DNA from: Zancudomyces culisetae HAW-14-8
Taxonomy: Eukaryota; Fungi; Kickxellomycota
DNA length: 64,000 nucleotides
Direction: 5' to 3'
Assembly: GCA_052426225.1 (NCBI GenBank)
Contig: JBNJNM010000019.1
Span: 95,184 to 159,183 of the forward strand
Shown here: in pieces, positions 51,564 to 64,000 of the stretch
Layout: each line of letters starts with the position of its first letter
Position numbering within the stretch: position 1 is the first letter of the stretch
Translations under genes and position numbers: made by a program
The notes under the pieces: model-generated
The model's input: the letters and a program-made list of their open reading frames with translations, nothing else
The model's database searches: none
Told to the model about the DNA's origin: nothing

Positions 51564-52038
51564 ATTTGGGGAATTGGAATGAAATGAAGAAATAAAAATG
51601 GGTTAAATTTGGTTTGAAATAGCGGGGGCTGACCATTTAAGGAACACATTTACAAAATTTTAAGAATAATAGAATTGGTTGTATAGAAAGTTTTATTTTT
51701 AGTTATTTGTTTACAATGAAACTCATAAATATGTTCATTTTTGTGAATATGTGTTCCGCATCAACAAAGTGGACATAAATTTGAAGCAGCATATGTGTGA
51801 GTACACACAGGCATTAATATGAATACCACAACTGAAGTTCTCTCTGCCATCTTTGGTGGTAGTGGAGAAAAAAAGCAGGGTTAATAGGTTAATGGGTTAA
51901 TAGGTTAGCAATGGGGATATGGAAAAAAAATTTCCTGCTAATCTTAGATGAACTAGCCAAAACACCAAAGTCTGCCAAGTGAGTAAAGAGATGCAAAAGG
52001 TTATATGAAAAGGTTGTTTCCAGAGGCAGAAATTGGTA

Positions 52039-52710
52039 CAAAAAAAAATTTTTTTTACGCAGTATTTCAAGATTGGTGGGGATAATGAAATATGCGGGAT
52101 TTTATTTTTGAATTATGCAAGATTCAATGAAATTTTTTTTAAAAATCATTTTTTAATATTTTTTTTGAAAGAACAAGTATGTAGAACGAAGAGATTATGG
52201 CAAAAAAAAAAATAAGCTAGGATATGAACCAAGCAAATAAAAATATTATTTTGTTATGGTATAATGGTAGAGTAAGCATTAGCCTAGTTTGGATGAAAAA
52301 AAAAGTGGAGGAGCTGCAATGGGGGAGGGGAGGACATACTTGCAAATGTAAATGGTCAAATTAAAAGACGAAAACCAAGATATTATCTAATGAGAACAAC
52401 AAACTAAAACAACATGACGAGGATAAAAAAATTTGCAACCAGACCGAAACTCTCAAAATATAGGACAATGAGATGTCAAAATGATTGCATAAACGTTTTT
52501 ATTTACGTAAATGGGCGTTAATTTTAGTCATAGGAAACATAAACGAACCTAGAAAGCAATAGAAGCAAAGAATGGGATAATAAGTGTTAATCATTAGAAA
52601 ATCTGAAATGCAAACAGCATTGAAAAAAAAATTTTTTTATTAAAAAAATGAGTGTGCAATAATGCTATTGGATAGATGAGAGTGATCAATTCAAAAAAAA
52701 ATTTTTTCAA
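52039..52710. promoter_or_regulatory. Repeated A-tract/T-tract (RRPE-like) palindromes upstream of EF-1a
   Basis: A(n)T(n) elements at ~52040, ~52622 and ~52693; a similar element lies at ~29877 upstream of RPS12. Confidence 0.4.
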
Positions 52711-52848
52711 TTCAAACAGAGAGGGGGGTAAAGGAAAAAAAATTCTACAAGTTTGATATAAAAGAAAAAAAAAACATCATTGAAGGAAATTTAGGCATTT
52801 TAAAATTTTTTGGCTTGCTTTCGTAAATTCTAATAGTAGAAAAGTAAT

Positions 52849-53023
52849 GTAAGTAAAATGAGCGCTATAGATAGTATATGGATGTGTATCAGAGGGAGGG
52901 AGTTTGAAGGGCTCTGTTGGAAGTGGAGGAGCGAGAGCCAGTGCAATGGTTTTTTTTGTTTTTAAAAAGGCGGTTTTTGGGATATTCAACTAACAGACTT
53001 GTTTGTTTTTTTACTTTGTATAG
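52849..53023 (+). other. Probable 5'UTR intron of EF-1a
   Basis: GTAAGT donor, ACTAAC branch site, pyrimidine tract and TAG acceptor 5 nt before the ATG. Confidence 0.7.
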
Positions 53024-53028
53024 ATAAA

Positions 53029-54393
53029 ATGGGTAAAGAGAAAGAGAGACTTAACGTTGTAGTCATTGGACACGTCGATTCAGGAAAGTCCACCACTACC
53101 GGACACTTGATCTACAAGTGCGGTGGTATTGACAAGCGTACTATTGAGAAATTCGAAAAGGAAGCCAATGAAATGGGAAAGGGATCATTCAAATACGCAT
53201 GGGTATTGGACAAGCTTAAGGCTGAGCGTGAAAGAGGTATCACCATTGATATCGCTTTGTGGAAGTTCGAGACCCCAAGATACGTCGTCACTGTCATTGA
53301 TGCCCCAGGACATCGTGACTTTATCAAGAACATGATTACAGGTACATCACAAGCTGATTGTGCTATCCTCATCATTGCCGGAGGTGTTGGTGAGTTCGAA
53401 GCTGGTATTTCCAAGGACGGACAAACCCGTGAGCACGCACTTCTTGCCTTCACTCTTGGTGTAAGACAACTTATTGTTGCCGTCAACAAGATGGATACCA
53501 CCAACTACAGCGAAGCCCGTTTCACTGAAATCACCAAGGAAGTATGCAACTTCATCAAGAAGGTCGGATACAATCCAAAGTCTGTGCCAATGGTACCAAT
53601 CTCAGGATTCCACGGTGATAACATGATTGAGGCTACCACAAACATGCCATGGTACAAGGGATGGACCAAGGAGACTAAAGCCGGAAACGCCAAGGGTATG
53701 ACTCTTCTTGACGCCATTGATGCCGTTGAGCCACCAGTCCGCCCAAGTGACAAGCCACTCCGTCTTCCATTGCAAGATGTATACAAGATCGGTGGTATTG
53801 GTACAGTTCCAGTCGGTCGTATTGAAACCGGTATCCTCAAGGCCGGTATGGTTGTCACCTTTGCCCCAACTGGTGTAACCACTGAAGTCAAATCCGTAGA
53901 AATGCATCACGAAGTTTTGCCCCAAGGTAACCCAGGAGACAACGTTGGTTTCAACGTCAAGAACGTCTCAGTCAAGGACATCCGTCGTGGTAACGTCTGT
54001 GGTGACTCCAAGAACGACCCACCAAAGGAGGCTGGTAACTTCACTGCTCAAGTTATCGTCCTTAACCATCCTGGACAAATCTCCAACGGATACTGCCCAG
54101 TGTTGGATTGTCACACTGCCCACATTTCATGCAAGTTCACTCAAATCAAGGAAAAGATGGATCGTCGTTCCGGAAAGACCCTTGAAGCCGAGCCAAAATT
54201 CATCAAGTCCGGTGATGCCGCTATGGTTGTCTTGACCCCATCCAAGCCAATGTGTGTTGAGACTTTCTCAGAATACCCACCATTGGGTCGTTTCGCTGTC
54301 CGTGATATGAGACAAACCGTTGCCGTCGGTGTAATCAAGGCTGTTGAGAAGGTTGACAAGGCCACCAAGGCTGCCAAGGGTGGAAAGAAATAA
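53029..54393 (+). CDS. TEF1: Translation elongation factor 1-alpha
   Basis: [31 protein letters not shown]; strong codon bias. Confidence 0.99.
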   Translation: MGKEKERLNVVVIGHVDSGKSTTTGHLIYKCGGIDKRTIEKFEKEANEMGKGSFKYAWVLDKLKAERERGITIDIALWKFETPRYVVTVIDAPGHRDFIKNMITGTSQADCAILIIAGGVGEFEAGISKDGQTREHALLAFTLGVRQLIVAVNKMDTTNYSEARFTEITKEVCNFIKKVGYNPKSVPMVPISGFHGDNMIEATTNMPWYKGWTKETKAGNAKGMTLLDAIDAVEPPVRPSDKPLRLPLQDVYKIGGIGTVPVGRIETGILKAGMVVTFAPTGVTTEVKSVEMHHEVLPQGNPGDNVGFNVKNVSVKDIRRGNVCGDSKNDPPKEAGNFTAQVIVLNHPGQISNGYCPVLDCHTAHISCKFTQIKEKMDRRSGKTLEAEPKFIKSGDAAMVVLTPSKPMCVETFSEYPPLGRFAVRDMRQTVAVGVIKAVEKVDKATKAAKGGKK

Positions 54394-54690
54394 GCAATTT
54401 ACATTTATTAGTTAACATAATATTATAAGGCGTAAATAGTTTATTTTTATATCTACAATAAAGTTTTTTCTTTAAATCAAGTCACACAATTCGAGTTGTA
54501 AATATTGTTTTGGATTTGGGATGGGATGTGAGGGATGTAGTTGACAGGATGTAATTTTTTGTGTTTTACCAGAGTTTGGTGGCGTTGTTGTATTAGATTT
54601 TGCTTTGATGGTATTTGATTTGGCATATAGCACCATTTTTCAATGAACTAATTTTGTTGTTTCTTTTTGTTCAAGCTGTTTAATTTATAT

Positions 54691-54737
54691 TTTTTTAGTT
54701 TTTTAGTTTTTTAGTTTTTTAGTTTTTTAGTTTTTTA
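54691..54737. repeat. (TTTTTTAG)5 tandem repeat
   Basis: Directly visible. Confidence 0.85.
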
Positions 54738-54976
54738 TTTTTTAATTTTTTGCTTACGTATTTTGGTTTCAAATTCAGTAATTAGCTCTATTAACAAAAT
54801 TAAATCTAATACAAAAATTAATGTAAATATAACATTAAAAATTAATTGTTTATTTTCGTAGTTAGAAATAAAAAAATATTTTTGGTTCACAGACCTTGGT
54901 TTTGATTTCATTCCATAAAAAGAAAACATAGAAATTAAACATATATAAACAGAATCCAAATAATTGGCAAAACAGG

Positions 54977-56549
54977 ATGGAAGTTGAAAGCTACACCAGC
55001 ACTCCCAAGATGGAGCGAAGTTACGAAAAAGATGCAGATGCCGCTCTGATTTCTGCTGAGGAATTGCTAAGGGTATTATATACTTTAGTTTTGTACCCCA
55101 TTGAGCTCATATTATATATACACTTATATTTACACGTATTAATACCAACAAACATACAATAGAATGGTGATATCCAAGGTGCTGTTGAGAAATTGTCAGT
55201 AGTCGAAAAGAAATCTAGAAAGGCAAGTCAGCTAACATCAATACTTGATTCCATTTCTTTTTACAACACCAATACATATTTTATATTGAATCACGCCCCA
55301 AACCTCTTGAATTCTATCAATTTCTAAATATATAAATATGTATCAACTTTAACAGAGCTCAGATATCGCATCAAACAAAAGGATTATAATAAGAGTAATC
55401 GAAATGTTATTTGAGGCAGGAGATTGGGAGAAACTCCAGGATCAACTAAAAACATTCTCAAAAAGCACAGGTGCCTTGGAAGCCTCGATCTTGGAGATGG
55501 TTAAAAGAGCATACAGCTACCTCGAGCGAACACCAAATGAAGGGATTAAACAAGAGTATATTGTCTCGCTGAGAGAGATAACAGAAGGTAAAATATATGT
55601 GGAGGCAGAAAGAGCAAAGTTAACAAAAATGTTGAGCGAAATAAAAGAAGGACAAGGAAAAGTGGGGGAGGCATGTGACATAATGCTTGAAGATCAGATC
55701 GAGACATTTGGAAGTCTCAACAAGAGAGAAAAGACAGAGTTTATCTTGGAGCAGCTCAGGCTATGTATGGCTAAAGGTGACTACGAGCGCGCAGTAATTG
55801 TTTCAAGAAAAATCAATGTTAGTTATTTTAAAACACCAAATACTGGCGACCTAAAACTACGATACTACTATTTGATGATCCAGTACGGAATCCACGAAGA
55901 GCAATATCTTGAAGTATGCAAGCATTACTACAATGTCTTTGAAACCGACGAAATTAAACTCGACAACAAGTGGGTAGTTGTAGTACAACACATGGTTGTT
56001 TATGCAATCTTGGCCTCATACTCTAATGAACAAGTAGATCTGCTCAATCGCATCAAACAACTGTCCTCTGAACTGGAGAAGCTTCCTATATATTCCAACC
56101 TCCTCAAACTTTTTACCACCCAAAAACTCATTTCATGGGACAAATTTTCTACCGACTTCTTGCATACTCTAGTCCAATCCGACGTATTCTCCGAGCAAAC
56201 CGAGGGTGGAAAAATCAGATCAACCAGACTACACAACTGCGTTGTCGAGCACAACATCAGAGTCATTGCCTCCTACTACTCAAAAATCACTCTCACTAGG
56301 CTTTCTCAGCTCATTGGTTTGGATATAGATCAGGCTGAGGAAAAAGTCTGTCATTTGGTTGTAACCAAGGTCATTTATGCTAGAATCGACCGTCCAAGCA
56401 AGATAGTCTCCTTTTTGCAACCCAAATCCGTTGACCAGGAGCTTAATGAATGGGTTTCCGATGTCAACTCCCTACTTATGTTGGTAGAAAAGACTTCCCA
56501 TCTAATTGATAAAGAGGGAATCGTCACATCCATCACTCGTACCCTTTAG
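54977..56549 (+). CDS. RPN5: 26S proteasome lid subunit Rpn5/PSMD12; exons 54977-55072, 55163-55222, 55356-56549
   Basis: Spliced EKKSRKSSDIAS, TEGKIYVEAERAKLT, EFILEQLRLC, PCI domain VEHNIRVIASYYSKI, ARIDRP. Confidence 0.95.
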
Positions 56550-56987
56550 CTTAATATTTTATTTTACCATTCTCTTTTCCATTTTTCTACATTTTTATGT
56601 TGTAACTATTTCTTTCTAATAAATGCAATTTTATACTTCTTGTTAAAATGATTACTGGAACTCAAAGTCAAGCAGTCTAATGTTCCCATACTCTCCCTCT
56701 TCCCTCCTTATTCTCTAACTCTGTAATCCCCCGCCGCCACTTTCACACCCACAATTTTACTTATTTCATCATAATATTTACCCAATCTTTTTTTTTAAAT
56801 CCATACTTAGTAGTAAATATATGATTAGATTCATTATTAATATTTGATATTCATCTATACATCTTTACATTTATTCATTTATTTTAAAAACTATACTATA
56901 TGTCATTTATGTCGTATTTACAATAAACAAAATATGGAATAAAATAATCCATTTTTAAACAATATCTTCTATCATTTACAACAAGCT

Positions 56988-59900
56988 TTAGCTGATTGTC
57001 TGTACTATTACACTTTGCGCAAACAGAACTGTCGAGACTGTAGTAGATAATGTGCCTATTTTTCACGAATGTTAGTCTTGTTAATATTTTAGCTCATTTT
57101 ACCATTTTAATTTAAATGTCTTCCAACAACACCTGTGTTTACTGATATATCAAGTAAAAAAAACATTAGTGGTTCTATATATTACCTGTAACCGTGGCAA
57201 TTAATATCGCTGATAGCTCGGTGCTATTTTTCGTACAAGTCGTGGTCATCTGTGTTGTCATCACTGTGTTGGTCATTGTATTAGTTGCTGTGTAGCTGGT
57301 TACTGTAGATGTAAACTTGACACTGGATATCGACACTGATACTGAGGTGAGAGTTGTGGTTTCCACCACTGTTTGAGTTGTTGTAGATGTTTCTGTTGGT
57401 ATTTCATCAGTGATTTCGTTACCTACAATTGAATCATTACTACTTGTACATGTGAACACAAAATTTGTTGATATTACTGTAGATGTAATAAAAGTAGTTG
57501 GTGCTTTGACAGAAAGTATATCTGTAATTATAGTTATTGGAGCTGGTGGCTGGATAGTTACAGGCGGTCTCTGCGTGATTATATTATTTACCACATAGCT
57601 CACCTGTGGCTGCAATTGAGGAACGGTTTGTACCTGTGTTGGAAGAGCCACAGGAAACGTTCCAGAATTGGCTGCCTGCGCTATAACAGGCGAAATCGTT
57701 TGCGTTATCAGTACTGGTGTTAGAGTCTGCGTTACCAGTACTGGTGTCAGCGATTGTGTCAAATACATAGGCGTAATCGTTTGCGTCAACAAGATTGGTA
57801 TAACAGGAAGTGGTCCATTTTGTTGTTGTATATTCTGTACAGTATTCTGGTTAACAACTTGAATTACAGGTTGTACAGTAATAGGCTGCACTGCAGGTTG
57901 TACGGTAATAGGCTCTACAGGAATAGGCTGTACAGAAATGGGCTGTAAAAGTGGGTCGAGACTGGCACCTTGGGTGTTTTCTTGATTTATTACTTGTGTT
58001 GGTCCGAGTCCTGCAGGGAAAGTCTGGTATACTTGAGATTTTATCGATATGAAATTGGTAACTGTTACAAGAGGAGGTGGTTGTGGTTGTGGTTGTGGTT
58101 GTGGCTGTGGCTGTGGCTGTGGTTGCGGTTGTGGCTGTGGTTGCGGTTGTGGCTGTGGTTGTAGTTGTGGTTGTGGCTGTGGTTGCGGTTGTGGTTGTGG
58201 CTGTGGTTGCGGTTGTGGCTGTGGTTGTACTACTGTAAATATCGGCGTTTGTATAGCACCACTGAATGGCATGCTTTGTTGATACATAGGCAGTTGTGTT
58301 TGTACAAAAACACTCTCCGGAAGTTCCAAACTCTGTGCTGCTGACGTATTTCCCACCACAACGATTGTACTGGTGATCTGGGATGGTTGGTTAGCAGTTG
58401 CCACATTTACGGCATAACCATTTGCATAGTTTACACGCTTTTCCAAATTTCCTTCCTGTGGAAATGCCATATTCCTACCACCCGTTAATGCCTCGCCAAT
58501 TCGCAATGCCCTATTATTGAGCTTGTTTACCTGAAATCCACAATAAACCGCCCCGTTTTCAGAGTCAAAACAAACTGTGTTGTCGCCGCATGTGAATCGC
58601 ACCACCACCTTGTTCACACACTGTGTGTAGCCCCCAGTAACTCCAGCCTGCTCACATTTGAACTTTCCCTCATTAGTGCATGACTCTGGTAATACTTGAT
58701 CTCTATCACTCTTTTTTTGGCTGAGAACACTTTTTTCATCAGCACTCCCATTTACCTGCTGTTGTAAATCTGTTTCCCTATCCCCCTTTTTTGCGCAGCT
58801 AATGTCTTTTCCTCTTTGATAGCATGCATTATCTTCGCCACAACTATACACAATGGCTTTGCTGTCCACGCACTGTACATAAAATTGCGCCCTCCCATCC
58901 GCTTCAATACAAGAATATCGCTTTTCTCCGCTGCAAACATCGCTACTTACTTTGATTACAGAATTTTCCCCCATTGCTTATATCCTTGGTATTCTTTGAG
59001 ACGCTAGTTATACTCTGATTAGTATCCTGTGCCTTACCAAGGCTAGTATTCTGCGATGCTGTCGTGTCCCTGACATCCCTTACCTCTACAGTTTTGGTAG
59101 TAACAATTGCGTTTTGACCAACTTGTGATTGGGGCCCACCACCATCAACAATACCTAGAAAGCTGTTTGGTGAGATCTTATCACTAAACATAATGTCTTG
59201 ACATGTTGCTTTTCCACCTCTATAGTAGCACCTTTGGTTTGTCAGACAATATGCGTACTCAATTTTATTATTTTTGCACGTATAATATGTTCTATCCAAG
59301 CCATCTTCGTACAAACACCTGTTTGCATCCTCATCTGTCACATTACATTCAATTCCAGGTAATTTTACAGCTCTGGTTACGTTTGATTTGTCATTTCTCT
59401 TTGCAATCCTCACTCTCATATCCTTTCCATCACCACTAAGACCATATAGTCTATCCAAGTAGCTGCTGTTTTCAGGAACTAACCCCACTTTTGGCTTGCA
59501 TTTTACTTCACCTGTTGTACCATCACAATAATACCCACCAGGACACATGTTCAATGTTTTTTTATTATTCTCGCATTGAATATAATACTTTGACTCGACC
59601 CCCTATCTCAAGGCATTTTTCATCTTTGCCCTTCATGCAGTATGCTGGGTTCAAGTTAGTTTCAAGGCCTCCACTCTTCACAATATTGGTTAAAGTATTT
59701 GATTCAATCGAAACACTTTCTATACACTTTATACTTCCATCCGTATTTTCGCACTGTTGATTTTTAGAACAAGAAAAGTACTCTTTTACATTATCCAAAC
59801 ACCAAGTAATACATACTTTTATTATTGGCACCATCTACACACCCCCCTGAATTTGCACAATATTCTTTGGCACTTTTACCTGCATTTATTTCCTGTTTTA

Positions 59901-60017
59901 TACCACTTTTATTGTATTCCTCTAAAAAATCATCTATAATTCCTCCCAGATACTGTAAGCACTCCCACTTGCTAATATTAAAACCTTTAATTTTTTTAGT
60001 ATCCTTTGTATTTTCAT
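56988..60017 (-). CDS. Secreted protein with five CBM19-like Cys modules, a PQ repeat and a Thr-rich mucin tail (frameshifted as assembled; terminal intron 57185-57056)
   Basis: ORF pieces join by +1 shifts that restore C-x12-C spacing; predicted signal peptide; ACTAAC branch and TAG acceptor for the last exon. Confidence 0.7.
58078..58227 (-). repeat. Coding hexamer repeat, about 25 Gln-Pro dipeptides
   Basis: (CARCCR)n visible on the minus strand. Confidence 0.95.
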
Positions 60018-62746
60018 CTTGTTTTTATATATCCTATGTTACATTTCAAGTCAAAATTTAGACTCTTGTTTTAATTCCGCTCTATACTAACGTATTCTAA
60101 TATAATTTCGTTAGTTTTTTTAGTAGCACTCTACTCAACATATTCGATCTATTATGTGATCAAAAAATATAAACTCTAAGAATTTATATAAACAGCTTGT
60201 ATTTTAAATTCTGCTTCGATGTAATACTATAGCTTCCTACAAATATATGATTCAAAAATTGCTCTTGTATTAGTAAGAGTACGTTGAGAATTAATACTAA
60301 TTAATGGAAATAGGAAAGCAGTTGAGTGTAGCTAGTCTAAGTATCTAGTTTTTATTCTTTCTGCACCAGCCATCTGACACTAATTACTAAAAAATAACGA
60401 GTATCGGTTTACTATATATTCGTCACTTGTCACTTGTCTCTCACCACTCGACTATTTATTTTTTGGATGCTTTTCTTGTAATGGAAAAATATAACAAAAA
60501 CAGACGACGTCACTACTGATATTTTCCTATTTGACGCTTTTGAAATTTCAAACAAGGTGCTAGACTGTTCATCATCCCCGAAAACGGAATATCACAAAGC
60601 ACCGCCTGGCAGTTTATTACCTTTACGAGCCAATGCACTATTTTTAATTTAATTTTATCTTTATGTTGGTTTTGTTGACTGCAAGTAAATCGCAAGTACA
60701 TAAACCACAATGTAGATACAAACTTATGACGCGTTACACTTCTAAACATTGGTTCGGACTTAGATATATGGCTCGCAACCATACATATTCCTTCCTCCCT
60801 TTGCTAGCTTCATCTCGCTACAGCACTTTTATTAATTTTTTTTTTTGGTTGGAGGCTTTTTTATTCTTTCAGCTCTATGTAGATATTAAATCGGTTATTC
60901 AGTCCACAAAATGATCTGTAAGCACCTTATTATTCACAATCTAGCCCTTTCTTTACGTATGTCAACTCAAAACTAACAAACGCTAGACCTATAGAATCAC
61001 CTTAGTATTGTGTTTTTATGCTCGTATCAAAGTAATGCAAGTTTGATACAGAAAGTTAAAATAATGACCAATTTAAAGAACGCGGAAGCACAATTATGAT
61101 TTGCCTTTCAGTATCCAAATCTAAGCCAAGGGTATACATATTGTGTTGTTTACAATTGGAATGGGGTAAATATATCAATATTGGTCTATTGTTAAAAAAC
61201 TTTGCCCGTAAAGCCAGACTACCTAGGACTATATTAAAAAATTTACCAACAAGAGTGAAAGCACCCTTTCTAAACTTGTAAAATTGTTGCAATATAATTG
61301 ATCATGTTTACCCATCACTCCTACTGTGAATTTTTACCAATTGCAGGGCATTTGCCTCGCAGTTTAGTAAGTATACTATGACGCTGTTTTTTTGTTGGAT
61401 GTAGACCGCCAACTAGACAATCAACACATGTATCTACTCATTTGTGTTGAGGATGGTTTTCATTACTTCAAACGCAGTAGAGTATTTCTGGTGTATATAA
61501 CCTTTTTTCACTCCTCCCCTTGTACTCGAACTAGATACGATAGGGATGTTTCATGTATATACAGAATAACAGAACAGAATGTGCGGCTCAGCTATACACT
61601 CGCTGTTTCTATAAAGACCATTGGAGTACAAAACCTTAATATAATACCCTAGTGTGGTGGTGGTGGGGGTGGATATTGCTATTATAGAATACAAGCACAC
61701 TCTTTTTTGATGGAAGACACACTGTAGAAATATAAAAAACAAGATATATGCCTCCTCAACCAACGCATCCCTTGTAAATTTTTGGTATTTGGAAATACTG
61801 TACTTTCTAATTCTCAGCCTAAAAGATGGAATTACTTGAAAATTATGAGCCTCACATTAAAAAATAGCCCTACATCTCCCCTCTCACCTGTAAAACAAAC
61901 ACTTTATTTTTCCATGTGCTATTGCCGGCATCACGTCCATTTTTTTGCCTTCATATTATGTAGACCCACAATATCCGCTTGTCAAAATAAGTGATTTCCC
62001 CACATCTTCTACCTCGTGTCTAAAATGAAAATTGCATTTAATTGAGTATAGGCGAAATTAACAGATATTGACTTTGTATTAGAATTTATTTTTTTGGCTG
62101 TGCAATTCTTGTGAGAAAATAAAGTATCGTCGCATTTGAGTATACGTAAAAGACAAATAAACATACGTAGATTGGGGAAGGGCGGGAAGAGGGAGTATTT
62201 GACTGAGTTGGGTGATGCAATTGAGCAAGACCAAATACCACATGCCTTTTAGTGCATTGAGGACAGGTGTCAAAAAGTTAAAGCAATGAGTTGTGGTGTT
62301 CTTTGCTCACCGTGGTTTAAAACAACTGGCTTTAGGGTTGTGTTGGCCTAAATTCCAAAAGTTCCAAGCAAAAAGTCTATTAGCTTAAAAGTAAATAATT
62401 ATTAAAAAGAAAAGAAAAAGAAAAATAAATGAAAAGGCTTGGCGAATTAATGGCATCTTTGCGATTTATTGGAAAACTTGGTGCTAAAAATTGGTGAGTT
62501 ATGCAGGTGTGTAACTTGTAACCCCAGAAATCGGGTCTATGTTTAGACGTAATTTATTGTCTCATTCTAATTACAGTATTCCCTAAAATACAGTGCTTTT
62601 TTTCTTCTCAACTATTTCGAGATACTCTCTGGTCATCATTTAATACAATGAGGCATACAGAATCTGAAAACATGAAATAAGTAATATCAGTAACAGCCTG
62701 ACAGCAACACATTTATTTCAATATAAAAGCAAGAAAAAAGACCATA

Positions 62747-64000
62747 ATGGTGGAAATAAAAAGAAAAACGGTAAGCCAATTTTTGGTACTAATAGTGCCA
62801 ATTATTGTTGCATGGTGTGTAGGATACCAAAAGTACAAGGCGGCAAAAAGTGTGTTTACGAAGGATGCCAGTTTAAGTACGATTATAAGCAATGAAATGA
62901 CAATAAGCACTAACCCAAATTTTGTAGAAAATGGGGACAATAGCAGCATAATGGCCGATAGTAATGAACGAACTATTAAAGAGGAAAAGATTTTGATATT
63001 TGGTTCAGATAACAGATCTGCATATAAGCAAGTTTAATAAGAAGGGAGGGTACACACATCTTTTATACTTTCTGGAGAATGGGCACAAATTAATAACACC
63101 AGAATTACTGGTGATAACAGGCGATTTAACAGATGGAAAAAACAAAAACAACCTAAGTAGCAAGCAGCACGAAGAAGAATGGGAAGCATATAAGAGGATA
63201 ATTGCTCGGTACGGATTGAATTCTAGAAAAGAGGGAAAATATGTCATTGATCAGCGTGGTAACCATGATTGCTTCAATGTGAATGGCTGGGAGTCAGATG
63301 CAAACTATTATAGGACACATAGCGTGTCGAAAAAAAAGGGGCATGGTATGGTATTAAATAAAGAGTACGGAAAATACTGCTTTGTTGCGACTGATGGATG
63401 CCCAAGGAGAGGGCTTGCAAGACCCCTAAACTTTTTTGGGTACCTAGAGGGAGAGGAAATGGATATGCTGCGGGAACAACTAGCCGAAATGTAAAGATAG
63501 TAACCACACAATTATGTTGAATCATTATCCAGTGAGTGTGATGAAGTATGGAAGCAGTATAATTAGAGCTGGAGAAGAGGCAGAAAAGTTTGGGATAAAA
63601 GAGTTGGAGGAAGGAATCAGTGTTTTTCTTACTGGACATCTACACCAGCTCATAGGTGGAATGGGAAAAAGCCTTAAAGGATATAAACAAACACCTAAAA
63701 ACAAAGGATATTTGGAACTAGAGCTTGGGGATATGAAGGACCATGCGATTTACAGGGTAGTTGCGATTGACAATGATATTATCTCTTTTGTTGATGTTGT
63801 ACACACTTTACCACAAGGAAGAATACCGGCAATTTCACCCAACCCAGACAATCCATTGTCAATAGACCAGGTGGAAAAAGTTAAACAGCCACCCGTGGTC
63901 CTGGTAACAAACCCCAAGGACTCGCGGTATAATATTCCTGGGCATGAGCCACTGGAGCGGATAATGGAGAGTACTGAAATCAGAATTTTGGTTTGGGCAT
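62747..64000 (+). CDS. TMEM62-like metallophosphoesterase (two +1 frameshifts as assembled; runs off the window)
   Basis: N-terminal TM; QITDLHISKF, TGDLTD, RGNHD, NFFG, then in the next frame NHYP, FLTGHLH, LELELGD..YRVVAIDND. Confidence 0.85.

Noticed and set aside
58049-58282. Poly-GC and poly-WL ORFs on the + strand (metallothionein-like appearance)
   Set aside because: These are antisense shadows of the QP hexamer repeat
60100-62700. Short ORFs in the divergent intergenic region
   Set aside because: No recognisable domains, codon bias or consistent exon structure

Overview
AT-rich, intron-containing fungal genomic DNA. The EF-1a, RPS12 and MAP2 genes, the secreted GDSL genes and the CBM19-like genes suggest an early-diverging fungus, possibly an insect-gut Harpellales; this is inference only. 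I can support about 22 protein-coding genes and one intron-containing tRNA-Ile(UAU). The genes encode GPx, two GDSL/SGNH lipase-family proteins, SOD1, MetAP2, an Mms1/DDB1-like propeller protein, a TM-RING-H2 ligase, pICln, a P450, a HECT E3, RPS12, an MFS transporter, GalE, an alpha/beta hydrolase, a MAP2K, GID4, Gtr1/RagA, EF-1a, RPN5, a Cys-repeat/mucin protein and a TMEM62-like phosphoesterase. Most notable: (i) a ~408-bp-period repeat beside the tRNA whose copies carry a 60-nt hairpin with structure-preserving substitutions and an invariant 24-nt 3' arm (miRNA-precursor-like); (ii) up to seven +1 frameshifts confined to the last ~5 kb, across two genes (most likely assembly error, otherwise recoding or editing); (iii) a sawtooth G/C strand skew that reverses inside genes and reshapes protein composition; (iv) a catalytically dead GDSL paralog and a MAP2K with DFS in place of DFG.
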